A stretch of 64,000 bases of DNA, taken from contig CM068750.1 in assembly GCA_035084275.1 (NCBI GenBank), positions 5,146,001 through 5,210,000 of the forward strand, in the 5' to 3' direction. The first letter of the stretch is position 1. The number at the start of each line of letters is the position of its first letter. Under the pieces are notes generated by a model that saw only the letters and a list, made by a program, of their open reading frames with translations, was not told the DNA's origin and searched no databases. This DNA comes from Hydrolagus colliei. Its lineage: Eukaryota. Below are positions 51,883-64,000 of the stretch, in pieces. The position numbers and the translations under genes are program-made.

Positions 51883-52411
51883 AAAGGTTATGAAGCTACC
51901 CATGATTGTAGCGCCTGTTAAGACTCAGTCCTCCCATGATTGTACGGCCAGTACAATCATGGGCGATACCACAATTAGCTCTGGTACCGTACTCTGGTAT
52001 ATTCACACATACTTTATGGCAATGCCTGGAATTCACTATTAATTTTGAATACAAAAACATTCTCATGGCAACCCTGACAAAATTGAAGTTATTTTACTTG
52101 GCTTTTGTAAACTTCTTCATCTGACTTCAGATTGCTCAATCCCGAAGCTTTGTTTGACCCGCAGATTTCTGTCAAAGTCAATAACTAGTTAACCAAGACT
52201 ATTTTCCTTTCTGTCCAGAATATTGCCTGGTTCCATCCCTTTTTTTTTGTGTGAAAGATGTTCTAGTGCTATTTGTAGTGATATTTACCTGCCTTTAATC
52301 CAAAATAGATCTGTACAATTTGCTAGGATTTCTTTAAAGTATCATTCCTTATTTCAAATAAATAGTCATTGCTTAACATTTCTTAGCATCACTATCACTT
52401 TAAAAAAAAAT

Positions 52412-52530
52412 GCAGGAGTATGGGGAAAGAATGGGGAGTTGGACTGATTGGGTCGTTCTTCCAAAGAGCTGGCATGGGCATGATGGCCTGAATGGATTCC
52501 TTCTATGCTGTAATAATTTCTGATTCTATG
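52412..52530 (+). mobile_element. HE1-SINE/HER1-CR1-type 3' tail
   Basis: ggggagttggactgattggg..gttcttccaaagagctggcatgggcatgatggcctgaatgg.ttccttctatgctgta...ttctatg, a typical shark CR1-linked tail as recalled. Confidence 0.65.
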
Positions 52531-55500
52531 TTTCATGGAAACTGTGGGATATGCACTACTAATGCAGTGTGTTTAGTGTTTGGCAAGATTTTTCAAATGC
52601 GTCAGGCACAATTCAGCAATAGCCTGCTAAAATTATTCTGCTTAATGCAGTGCTCAATGAATCAAAAAAGGTTTTAGTCTATCTAGCGTGTGAAGTTGGT
52701 TATGTTCGGAGAAGCAAAAGCAAAACAAGTTGCTGTTGAATCATTTTGTATCCCTTGTTTTCTGGTTATTTGTCCGTCCCTTTAGCTCAGGTTTGGAAGC
52801 ATCATCGTTACGCATCAGTCAATTTTCTAAAGAAGAAATCTGATTGTCTGTTCCCTGTTGTGTAATTGCACTACTGGAGAGATTGAAATCTGGTCAAGTG
52901 ATTCCATCCTATATTAACCAATCTGCACAAATCCGGTAGCCCAGAAATGTAAATTATCCTGAACAGTATTGGTGTGCTTTTCTTCTATATGTATGTTAAC
53001 TTGTTTGCCCACTTTATTTGACAAATCATGTTGGATTTCCAAATTATGACTATTTTGTCTATATAAATTATTAAACAAATATTGATTTTTCAGGCAACGA
53101 TCCAAAAGTAATTTGGTGCATTTTTATCTGCCAAATGGCACTTGATCTGATACTGCATAAAGCACTGCAGTGCTATTGTATGCTTTATCTTATGCTGCTG
53201 TAATCCCTTTGTTATTAAAATTAGTTGCTGGTGTGTCAATAAAATCAATTTTTAAACACATAGAAAATTATGAGAAAACATACAATCAGTTACTATGCAA
53301 TCAAATCCTTTGTTTGTTGCTTTATGGCAATTCCAGCAACAATGAAACATAAATTGAAGGTGGGCAGAGAGTAAGGAGTAATGCCATGTCTGTTGATGAG
53401 AACATGTTGTGTTATTGCCTCTGACACAAGCGACACAAATTCCCTTGTTGGTGGGATAGTATAACGACTATTCAGCACAATTTGGTAATCCTTAGCAGTG
53501 CCAGAATCAGCTATACTGTAGTGTGTCTCTTGTGGCCAGCCCCAGGTTGATTGCCACCCAAAAGATAAGACAGCTGAGTCCTCATTGTATGGATCAAATG
53601 GAACCTGTCATCTTCCCATTTTCTTGTTTTTGTAGGTATGATTCTCGGTGCTCTTTTGTAAGCAGAAGAGAAGCTGAAGGAATATTTATCCGCCAAATAG
53701 CTTACAGAGCAAGTCTAGACATTTCACTTCTGTCTAATATCAACGGTGCATCATTGTGTGCTTCAATTTAATATGTACTGATTGTGCTGAATCATAAGTT
53801 TCTTCTGATTTTCTCTGCGGCCTAGAGGATATAAAATGATTTAGGAATGCGACTTTTTAGCATTTTTATGTTAAATTTCTAATAAAATGCCACAGTGACA
53901 AGAGTTAGCAGTCTGAGATTGCTATGTTCATAGACAAGGCTTTTTTATAAATGTGACAATTTCATGATACATTAGATTATTTGGGTTAACATAAAACAGT
54001 CTTAAGACAAATTGGGTAAAATGTGGGGTCATTGCATTTATAATGCCAAACTATGCCACAAAAGTGTTATTATTAGCTTGTTTTCACTGTCCACAAAAAC
54101 CTGCCTGATAGAAGAGCCCAAAGGAAATGACCAGCATTCAGTGCTAAATGGGGGGGAAAGAGACACGGTAGTGTGTTCTCTGTTTCTGCTGATACAGAAT
54201 TTAATAGCAGGAAGTTGCGGAGATAATGGTGCTGATTGTGGGCCATTTCCTCACTGATGATCCTTTTATTCTAAAAGGAGCTTTAAAATTCAGCTATTGG
54301 TGTTGAGAATTTTAATTGCTGTTCTCCCACTATAAAACAGCTAGTAATCGCAGAATATTTTGTTTATACTAGATTACAAACTCTTGCACCATAAACCAGT
54401 TAATATTAACCAGTACTGTATGTTAGATGTGTATGTTAGAAAATAACTTAACATATGGTATACTGTAAATATGGTGGTTAATGGACCAATTTGAGGAGCA
54501 CTATATAAATATAAATGTAAATTGTATGTAGTTCACAGCCATTTTGGGGAAATAATTTGTTAACATAGGGAGAAGCAATTTAAATTAGACAATGTTTAAT
54601 ATGTTAATTGGGTTTTGAAATCTTCAAAGTCTATTTCTAGCTGATTATGATCTCCTCCCAAAATGAAAGGAGCTATAGAAATGCAATTTAACACCAGCTT
54701 GTTTTTTTTGTAGATTTATACCTCTGGAATTGGGTGGGTGTTAGCAGCAGGCTGTAGAATGAATGTGTCATTTTGCATGTGTTCTTTACCGCTGAAATGT
54801 TGCTAGGAAAATGTAGGGAGTTTGAATTTGCTGATTTTAAGGCTATTGAAATAGAAGTATTTTGACAAACTAGTGAAATCTAGGCTATTGTCTCCGCTAA
54901 TTTAACGTTGTGAAAGATGTAAACGAAGCAGGCACTCCTCAAGAACAACAACTAGGGTTATTATCCTGCTGATTCACACCCACTAATGTCCTCATGCTGC
55001 TGCAATTTCTTAAAATGGCTTTAATACTGCTGTGAGGATGAATCTGTTTTTGCTTCTATTGGATTTAGAATATTGTTGTTTTGAATTCCTGGGTGTTCAG
55101 CCATAATTGCAGATTTAGATGAAAAATAAGTATTTGTTCAGAATTGTTAATTTGCACTTTACTATTCAGGGAATGCTATAAAAATGACAGTGTTCTCTGG
55201 TTTGTGAAGTGTTCTCTGTGGTGCCTATGGCTAGTTGACGTCAGGACATAACTATTCCCAACAGTGTTTTCACCTTCAGCATATTGCCAGTGAGCAATTA
55301 ATGATGATCTTCGATACATAACGATATTAAATGTATGTTGCAGCCAAAGTACAGGAAGCTGCTGCTAGCTACAGTGAGGTGGATTAATCTGGGGTGGATG
55401 AGCTCCTCAAAATGAATCCACCGGATACAATTCAAATTACATTTGGTTGCTGTGCAGCCTGGTTTTATGTACGATCAGTTAATGATAACTGGCACAATGG

Positions 55501-57137
55501 AATTTTCTATAGTTGAATTTGGGGTCTATTATATTAAGTACTGTAGTTTCTGAAATGCACATTAGGTATAATGCTGTATTAAGGTGGTGAATGGAAAAAG
55601 CAGTGGTATATTAAAGGCTTCATGACCTTCAAGTACAGAATGTAAAATCTATTTTAAGATTGTTAAAAAACCTGTAGAATTTTTATGCAAAGATTTTGGT
55701 TTCTGTGCTAATTAAATATTTTGCTTTTGAGAGATTGATGTTTCCAACAACATACAGATGATGAATAATAAAGGTGTGTCTTCCCATCAAATTATAATTA
55801 TAGTGACAGAGAGGTGATTTTCGAAAAGTGGGCAAATCAGTCTGTACATTGTTACAACAGTAGAGCAGGCCCTTGAGACATCCCACTGACCAAGGATGTT
55901 AATGTTTCACCACTAACCTCTTGCTGAAAAACAAATGTCCACATGGAAATCAATGCAATCTGAGAGGCATTTCTGTCTAGAGTTTGACTTAGTGTTTTGA
56001 AACTAACGGATCCTGATTTTTTTTTAAAAAAATGATGTGGTGGTCTAGTTTGCAATGTCCAATTTCCTGTTTCTTTTGTTTTGTGGATATTTTTTACTTC
56101 TGGAAATCTTGTGCCTCGTCTGCTCTTGCATATTTTTCATTTGATGGTATCAGTTTACAGCAGAATCGGCTTGACGTTATCAGTGGCGAATGATCTTTGT
56201 AGAGTGAACATGTCGGTGTTACATGTTCATTTGACCTGAGAGAAATTACTATCCACTTATGGTATAAATACCAAACAGTACTTTTCTATTACAGTATTTA
56301 GTTAATGTACTCCCCATTGACAATCACCTGATTCATCTTTAAAACTGCATGCTCCAGCTCAGCAAAACTGCCTTTTAGAATTTTAAATCTAATTTACAAA
56401 ATATGCAGACTATTTCAAGTTCTCTTTTGAATCTGTGTCAAGAATGCAGCAATTTCATGATGAGTTGTTTATTCTAAGTGATTTGCTGATTTCTTGCGCT
56501 TCATCAATCTGCTGGCAATGCTTAGCTGGCTCCCCACTGTAATTGAGTTTTCATAGAAACAGTGTACATTTCTCAATTTCAAGCTCCTTATGAGGCACGT
56601 TAGAATTCCAGAGAAGGAGCTGAGAGCTCCCTTCTGTAGTGGGCACTGTCCTGCTAATTCCCAATGTGTCATATGAGGTATAACTTTTGATCCTTTCCCA
56701 CCATCTCTATGTCGAGTGTGCTGTGCCAAGTGATTTAGATGAAGTTAGCAATTGAATGGGGGAAGCCATACATTAAATGCTAGTCGAAGCAGAATTTAAA
56801 TCTATGATGATGTGGGTTACTTGACAATTTAACTGCCTTTAACATGGATAATTAGAATGCAATTTGGATTGAGATTTGTAACAAGAAATTCTAATTGTCT
56901 GACATTTGTTTTGAGCTTGTAAAATCATTTATCTTGATTAACAAATATAATTGCTTTTAAAGTGTTTTTACAAAATAACTTGTGATTTTAAAAAAAACTA
57001 GTGTTTCTGCGTGTGGAACGCTTCTGAGATATATATGAATGTATTGTGTTCCCCCTAATTATGCTTCTAAGAAATTAGAGTTCAGGACAATCCTTTTCAT
57101 TAATTTAATATTTTCTCTCATTTCTTTTCTCCAAAGG

Positions 57138-57398
57138 ATGCATGACACCATGTCCACAATGGTGTATTTGAAAGAAGACAAACTAGAAAAACTTTCCCAG
57201 GAGGATATAATTGCCAAAACAAAACAGGTGATCCAAGGACTTGAGGCCTTAAAAAATGAACACAACTCCATATTGCAGAGCCTGCTGGAAACGCTAAAGT
57301 GCCTGAAAAAAGATGACGAAAGTAACCTGGTGGAGGAGAAATCCAACATGATTCGCAAGTCCCTGGAAATGCTAGAGCTTGGTCTCAGTGAGGCACAG
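57138..57398 (+). CDS. KLC1: Kinesin light chain 1, first coding exon (exon starts at 57137)
   Basis: ccaaag|G ATG; MHDTMSTMVYLKEDKLEKLSQEDIIAKTKQVIQGLEALKNEHNSILQSLLETLKCLKKDDESNLVEEKSNMIRKSLEMLELGLSEAQ|gtaacc. Confidence 0.97.
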
Positions 57399-57904
57399 GT
57401 AACCCGTCATAAGACTACAAAGCGAAAGGATAATTTTCTTTTATAAAAGGGTGTAAAAATAGACTTCCATAATTTGATTACCCTATTCTGCTTTTCAAAT
57501 AGCTGTCAGTAGGAGATAATATATTTTGCCTTTGATTACTTTTCTACGGTGAAATGGTTTCTAGTTGTGCGATACCACCTAAAAATCATACCTTCAGAAC
57601 TTCAGAATTTATCAGATTTTTACTGTAGGTAATGTAGGTTTACCTACTCTCTCAATTGAGAACTTTTACCAGACAGGCTCTGGAGATGAGGCTGCTATCT
57701 GTGAAATGTGAATTCGGCAACTGCGCTGTCAGGCTACGTTTAATCTCCTGAGCGTTTGAGCTTTGACACTTCATTATAACACACATTTTTGGAGCTTTTT
57801 TCAGGGACCAAACACTTCTATCTGCGAAAATGAATTATGATAAGATCACTAATTAATAAGCAAATGAAATCCCTGGTGTGGATTGGGTCACCTAGATAAG
57901 AAAA

Positions 57905-58075
57905 TCTAGAGGTTTGATGCCTTAACTGTATTTTAACTGATCTCGGCTGAAGGCACTGACTTGTGTTCCTGAACAAGCAAGGATTGAATTGGATAATTAG
58001 GCTGCCGACTAATACTGTTGAGGCTAGACACATGAAGAATGGCCAATTGTTTGGATGCCAAAGGCATGTCACCAC
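57905..58075 (+). mobile_element. LF-SINE-like relic in a KLC1 intron
   Basis: ctgatctcggc and taggctgccgact...aggctagacacatgaagaatggcca, the latter a distinctive LF-SINE 3' motif as recalled. Confidence 0.6.
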
Positions 58076-58538
58076 CTGTACAAGTGCAACCAAGTGAGTT
58101 ACTTGTTCCAGGAGTGATGTGTATATCATTGATCTAAATTAATATGGGTGTATTTCCAAGATTGCACATTGACTTTCATGTCACTGGCAGACATTGGTCC
58201 CTTCCCATATCTAGACTGTGAGCAACATCTCTTCTTTGTCTATGTCCACAACAGTAATGATCAGAACAGTAATATAGTATGCAGTTTTTTTTCACAGAGG
58301 CTGCAATGCAAATGTAATCTTACAAGTCTGCTCTGGCTTTAGACAATTGGTGTGATGCTATCTTAAAAGTGTAAAACAATTCTGGAGTTGATGACCATCT
58401 CTTACCATCAGAAAACCAAACGACCTTTGGATAGGGCAAAACGGAAGCATAAGATATTACGTAAAGCCATTTTTACTTAAATTAAGGAAACGGCTACTTT
58501 GTGGAAGAGTTTCAAAATTTTCAAATCTTTTCACATGA

Positions 58539-58829
<291 letters not shown>

Positions 58830-59291
58830 TAGTAGGGTATCCCATCATTTAAAGGCTTCTTGGTTCATTTTTAAAAAAATCTGGTTTTATAGCGAAGTGG
58901 GATTAAATTTTAACCAACTGATTGTTTTTACACGCATATACTCTTCCCTCAACACCCTCTCTCTTACAGTGGGGAAGGTGTATGATTGCTGATTTGGAGC
59001 CTGATCCTGTTAGCTGAGTTTGGAAGTTAGGTTTTCGAGCCATTGTCCTTTCACTTGGTATAAAGCTTTGGCAAACCAATGTGCTGTTCTACCTGCACAG
59101 TTAGTTTTAAAGATGCTTCATAAAATGTGCCTTGAAGCTTTTATTTATCTGAGGCACTAAGGTCAACATAGTTACATTTTTTTCAGAGGTATTTCTCTAC
59201 AGTTATTATCCAAGTGGATTGGTGGCATTCTCCCACGAAGGAGTTAGATGCAGATTCACAACCATGGTTTGCCATAATCTTGAATTTAATC

Positions 59292-59579
59292 ATAATAATA
59301 ATCATGCATTTGATATAGCGCTTTTCATGTCTTCTAGACGTCTCACAGCGTTTCACAGAATATACTGTGCAGTGAATTGACTATATGTGGGCAAAACGGG
59401 TCAGCCGGTGTCCCACAAACAGCCGCGGATTGAAATATCCGATTTATTATCGTTCTTTTTTTGAGGGATTATTATCAGCATGTGGAGTAAGGAAACCAAA
59501 ACGTTTTGCTCTGCCTGGAATTGACCCCAGATTTTTTGCCTGTAAGGCAAGTGCTCTACCCACTGAGCTACAGGACTCC
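59292..59579 (-). mobile_element. Family A SINE, full length, in a KLC1 intron
   Basis: Reverse-complement tail at 59292 and head ...ctacccactgagctacaggactcc. Confidence 0.9.
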
Positions 59580-59719
59580 CCTATGTTGGTATAGAAAAGT
59601 TTGATTGACTTGAATTAGTAGATTTAGTTGCTGGGAACTGCAAACAAATGTTTATCAAGTAGGAACAGTACATTAAATATTCAAGTTCCTTACCCTGTTT
59701 TTATATGAAAATCTTGTAG

Positions 59720-59798
59720 GAGGAAAAAGACAGTGATTCATCCAAAGAAGCTCTGGATGACCTTTTCCCAAATGAAGAGGATGAACCAGGACATGGAA
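59720..59798 (+). CDS. KLC1: KLC1 coding exon 3 (acidic linker with LFP autoinhibitory motif, 79 nt)
   Basis: cttgtag|EEKDSDSSKEALDDLFPNEEDEPGHG(I)|gtaagt; not in the ORF track. Confidence 0.95.
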
Positions 59799-60344
59799 GT
59801 AAGTGTTCAGGAAAACCTAGAAGAGGCATTTGTCTAAGTTCTTTCTAAAAGTCATTCAATTGATTACATTAGAGGTTTTTTTTTTAAAAAAGAAAATCAA
59901 ATGTGCTGTTAGTCTGTTGGAACGAAGGTTCGAAAGAAAAGCTTTCATGGTTGAATTGATATATTGGAAATGAATTCTTATTCTGAAATGTGGAAGAACT
60001 ATAGCCTGTGATGTTACCAAAGGTCTTGTCGGTTTCAGGGGGTTTCACTTTAGATTTTATTTCCCTTCAGTGGTACAGAATAACACACAGTGTGGTTTGC
60101 TTTCACATTTAAAGTGTGGCAAGTTAGGGCTTGTCAATTTAAATATTATTGTGAAGTTTGTGGTTTGTTGTCCCAATCACCATAATTTACGTTGGCTACA
60201 TTAAAATAAAACAAATACAGTATTTGTATTTGGTATTTGTATTTGGGTCCTGGTATGGGAACAAATAAAGTGCTTGTCTTTCAGAGGTGAGAATTAGCCG
60301 TTTATTTTGTTTGTTGGTATTAAGTATTTATAATTGTCCCTGGC

Positions 60345-60810
60345 GGCATTTATAGGCTTGGATGAGTGAGAACTTCCTGCAGCTGATCATGGACAAGACA
60401 GAGACAACACTTGTTGGCTCCTGTCAACATCTTCACTCCTGTGGTTCTAAACTAGACTCAACCACCCCTACCCCCCCACGCGCTCCCTCAGACTCACCGA
60501 ACCACCCGGCTCAACCCAGACCAAACCACCTGGCATCTCCACTCGACTGGCACCAGCCTCCTCCTCATCCCTTGCACCCTTCACCCACAATTGAAGGTCG
60601 CTCTTTCAGCCACACTGCTTCAAAACTCTGGAACAATCTCTCTATCCCTCTGCCTTGCCCCCTTCCTCCTCCCTTTGAAGTCCTGCCTGAAAACCTTCCT
60701 CTTCATCTATGCTTCACCCCCCCGTTCTCCCTCAACTCACAGCTCAAAGTAGGGCTGCTTTGAGACCTACTCGGCATGCAGGGTGCTATATAAGTACAAG
60801 TTGGTGTTGT
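60345..60810 (+). mobile_element. L2-clade LINE 3' fragment with a large internal deletion
   Basis: AWMSENFLQL.MDKTE..LVG (L2 RT end motif) joined to GRSFSHTASKLWNNL and a tail gctttgagac...gggtgctatataagtacaagttggtgttgt. Confidence 0.8.
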
Positions 60811-61377
60811 CCCTGGACTGCAACATTATTCCATTGTTCCCACTATAGGGGTGCAATTAGACAATTTAAGATCCAATTTAACAAAGAATCATTCCAGTGA
60901 GATTCAAAAGTAGAGACATAGAGACATTACTTTCATTAAGGAATTCGGCTCAATTATGATATGAGCTTCCTCTGTAGTTATTATATATTATTATAGTTAT
61001 TATAGTTGAGGCAGTCTTTGGAGCACTTAATGGTTCCTTAACTTCCGTAAAATGAGTGAACGGAAAAAATGTGTTTGATTCAGCGCTCTTATGTTTTGCT
61101 GAGCGAGTGGAACCAACATGTCACAAGTGCAAGCTTAGGGTAAATCGAATAGATTTTCAGCAGGGTTGCAGTGCAGGTCTCTACTTTAAATGAGGTATTG
61201 ATTTGCAGAATATTCATCGTTATTGTGAATATTATTTGCTGAAAGCTTTCCTAGATTGGACATTGTTTTATTTTTAAAACAAAAAGGTGAAATATTTGAA
61301 TGTAAGCGAGATCTACAAAGATCTTGGTCCAACATCCAGTGTTTCTGTACTAAAGTAATATTCATCTTTTTTTCTAA

Positions 61378-61647
<270 letters not shown>

Positions 61648-62226
61648 TGAAGATCATCCATTGTAATGCTTATACAAAGTAAATGCTGGTACAACTAATG
61701 GCTTAATGAATTATTCCTTTTTTGGTTAGACAAGTTGCCGAAGAAATTTTATGTGCAAATTTATCAGTTTGAATACTGGAACTTTTTTCTAACTGGGGCG
61801 GAGGACGGTAGTTTATTTCACTTCTTGATGGTTCAATTTGAATCTTGTACAGAATGATAGGATGATTATGATTATATGATAGGATGATATGATTATCCCT
61901 GTCTATTATCTGTAAGCATCCAAAATAAGTGGCAGCCTGAATTATTTTTCTGCAGTATGTGGCCCTGTAACAAAGTAGTCTGGGGTTGTTTTTCAAACAA
62001 GATATTTGAAAGGAGTGAGTAAGAATGAAAATTTGAAAATGTGTTTAATGCATTGCTGAAAGGAATGAAAGTCCCTGTATTAAACAAAGGCATTAAATTA
62101 TCCATTGATTCTAATACTGTACCATGATTAGACAAATTTTGAATGTCATTTCTGCTCATTTTTATAGTCAGTGGATATTGTGTGTGAAATATCTCCTATT
62201 ACCCATTGCACAACAAAGCTTACAAT

Positions 62227-62357
62227 CACTGTTTGTGGGACACTGCTGTGCTCAACTGGCTGCCACGTTTCTCCCACAAAATACACTTTACAGTATATTC
62301 TGTGAAGTGTCTCGAAGACATGATAAGGTGCTATATCAAATGCGAGGATTATTATCA
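62227..62357 (+). mobile_element. Family A SINE 3' fragment in a KLC1 intron
   Basis: ctgtttgtgggacactgctgtgctcaactggctgcc...ctatatcaaatgcgaggattattat. Confidence 0.85.
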
Positions 62358-62458
62358 TGATAGTCACAAATAAAATGTAGGCATCAATTGGAGGCTGTAC
62401 GTTATGAACTTTATGTGTTTGATGAAAACTGCAGAGTTCAATATGTCTTTCAATCTGA

Positions 62459-62620
<162 letters not shown>

Positions 62621-62944
62621 TAAATATTTCTCCATGTTAAATCAACAGGCCGATGTTAACAACTACCATTCCTTTATGATGACCAGGTAGGCAGGTCAAA
62701 TTGTGAGTCCTTCAATGGTTCGGTTATGGAGAATTATTATGTGCACACTCTTGATAAGTGCATAGTCTTTCCCAAATCATATTTGCTTGCAAGTACAGTA
62801 TGATGGAGGACCCACGCTGATTTTTCATTTGATTTTTAAATGCTAATCTCCAATGCTCTCTGACAAATGTCTACACTGCTTGGTTATGCAAAAATAGGAA
62901 ATTGCGACCTTTTTTGTTGTTTTGAATGCAATTTGATCTTTTAG

Positions 62945-63193
<249 letters not shown>

Positions 63194-64000
63194 TGAGCTG
63201 CTTAAAATCCCTAGTCCAACTATGAATGGTATGAAATATCAATTAATAGAAGATATTAGATTATGCAATGCATATCAAGATTAAAGAGGGTTTGATTAAA
63301 ATAAAATTTATGGTTTACACAGTAAGACACAGGTTTGACTTGCATGATGGTAGAATAAGGCCCAAACATTTCTCAGTAAGCCACTCGAGCTTCATTTCCA
63401 AAAAAGGGAAAGACTGGAGCTGGTATCCTGTCAGACTTGGATTCTGAAAGAGAAGAGAAAGTATATTTCACAGAGGGCATTTAAAAAAAAAGGCGTAGAA
63501 AAATAGTCTGATTTTGTTCAAAGGTCAATTTAGCCTTTTCATAAATTTTATTTCACCAATGTACTATTTACGTTGTTCTTGTCTTGCTGTGCACTAAATG
63601 TCTTGCCTACAGTAACTGCTAAACCAGTATTGATTTCTATTTTAGAAATACGAATCTTGTGTGTCAGACCTAATTGCATTAGATGCTTGCTTTTGTTAGC
63701 TGCTTTTGTTAGCTGTTTTTTTTAAAAGAGCGAGCAAAATAAAAGCCCCTTGATTGATGATACATTAATGCAATGTGAATTTGGTACCATATGCTAGTCA
63801 GATGAACGTTTGAAATTCCTTTGAATGCCACCTTGCAGTTTGCTTAATAGCATTGGCATTAGGCAGCATGACCTCAGTAGCCTAGCAGACCCACTGACAT
63901 CGCTGTGTACTACTATTGCAGTTTAATATTGTTATTTCAAATGTGAGCTATAAATCTCAGCTATTAAGCCACTTTTATCTTTGAAATTGATTTATTACTA

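Overview
AT-rich vertebrate genomic DNA, most likely from a cartilaginous fish. This is inferred from HE1/CR1-type tails, Deu-domain SINEs, LF-SINE-like relics and a young tRNA-headed SINE with an L2-type tail; compact introns would fit a holocephalan. The window carries the gene block TRMT61A(+, last two coding exons) - ~27 kb intergenic - BAG5(-, single coding exon) - bidirectional CpG-rich promoter - COA8/APOPT1(+, 5 exons, complete) - KLC1(+, promoter, probable non-coding exon 1 and first six coding exons). This is the same order as human 14q32.3. Nearly all other ORFs in the track are intronic, antisense or repeat-derived noise. I found no clearly novel gene system. The best leads are: a phase-compatible COA8-exon4 to KLC1-exon2 readthrough fusion; a TRMT61A exon flanked by inverted SINEs that would circularise into a stop-free ORF; several perfect palindromes (38-bp, 21-bp and 15-bp arms) that look like templated insertions; nested TE histories; and distinct promoter motifs (paired PBX/PKNOX decamers, NRF1-like site, RFX X-boxes, a BAG5 uORF). 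Repeat family names come from recalled consensus similarity, not from a search.
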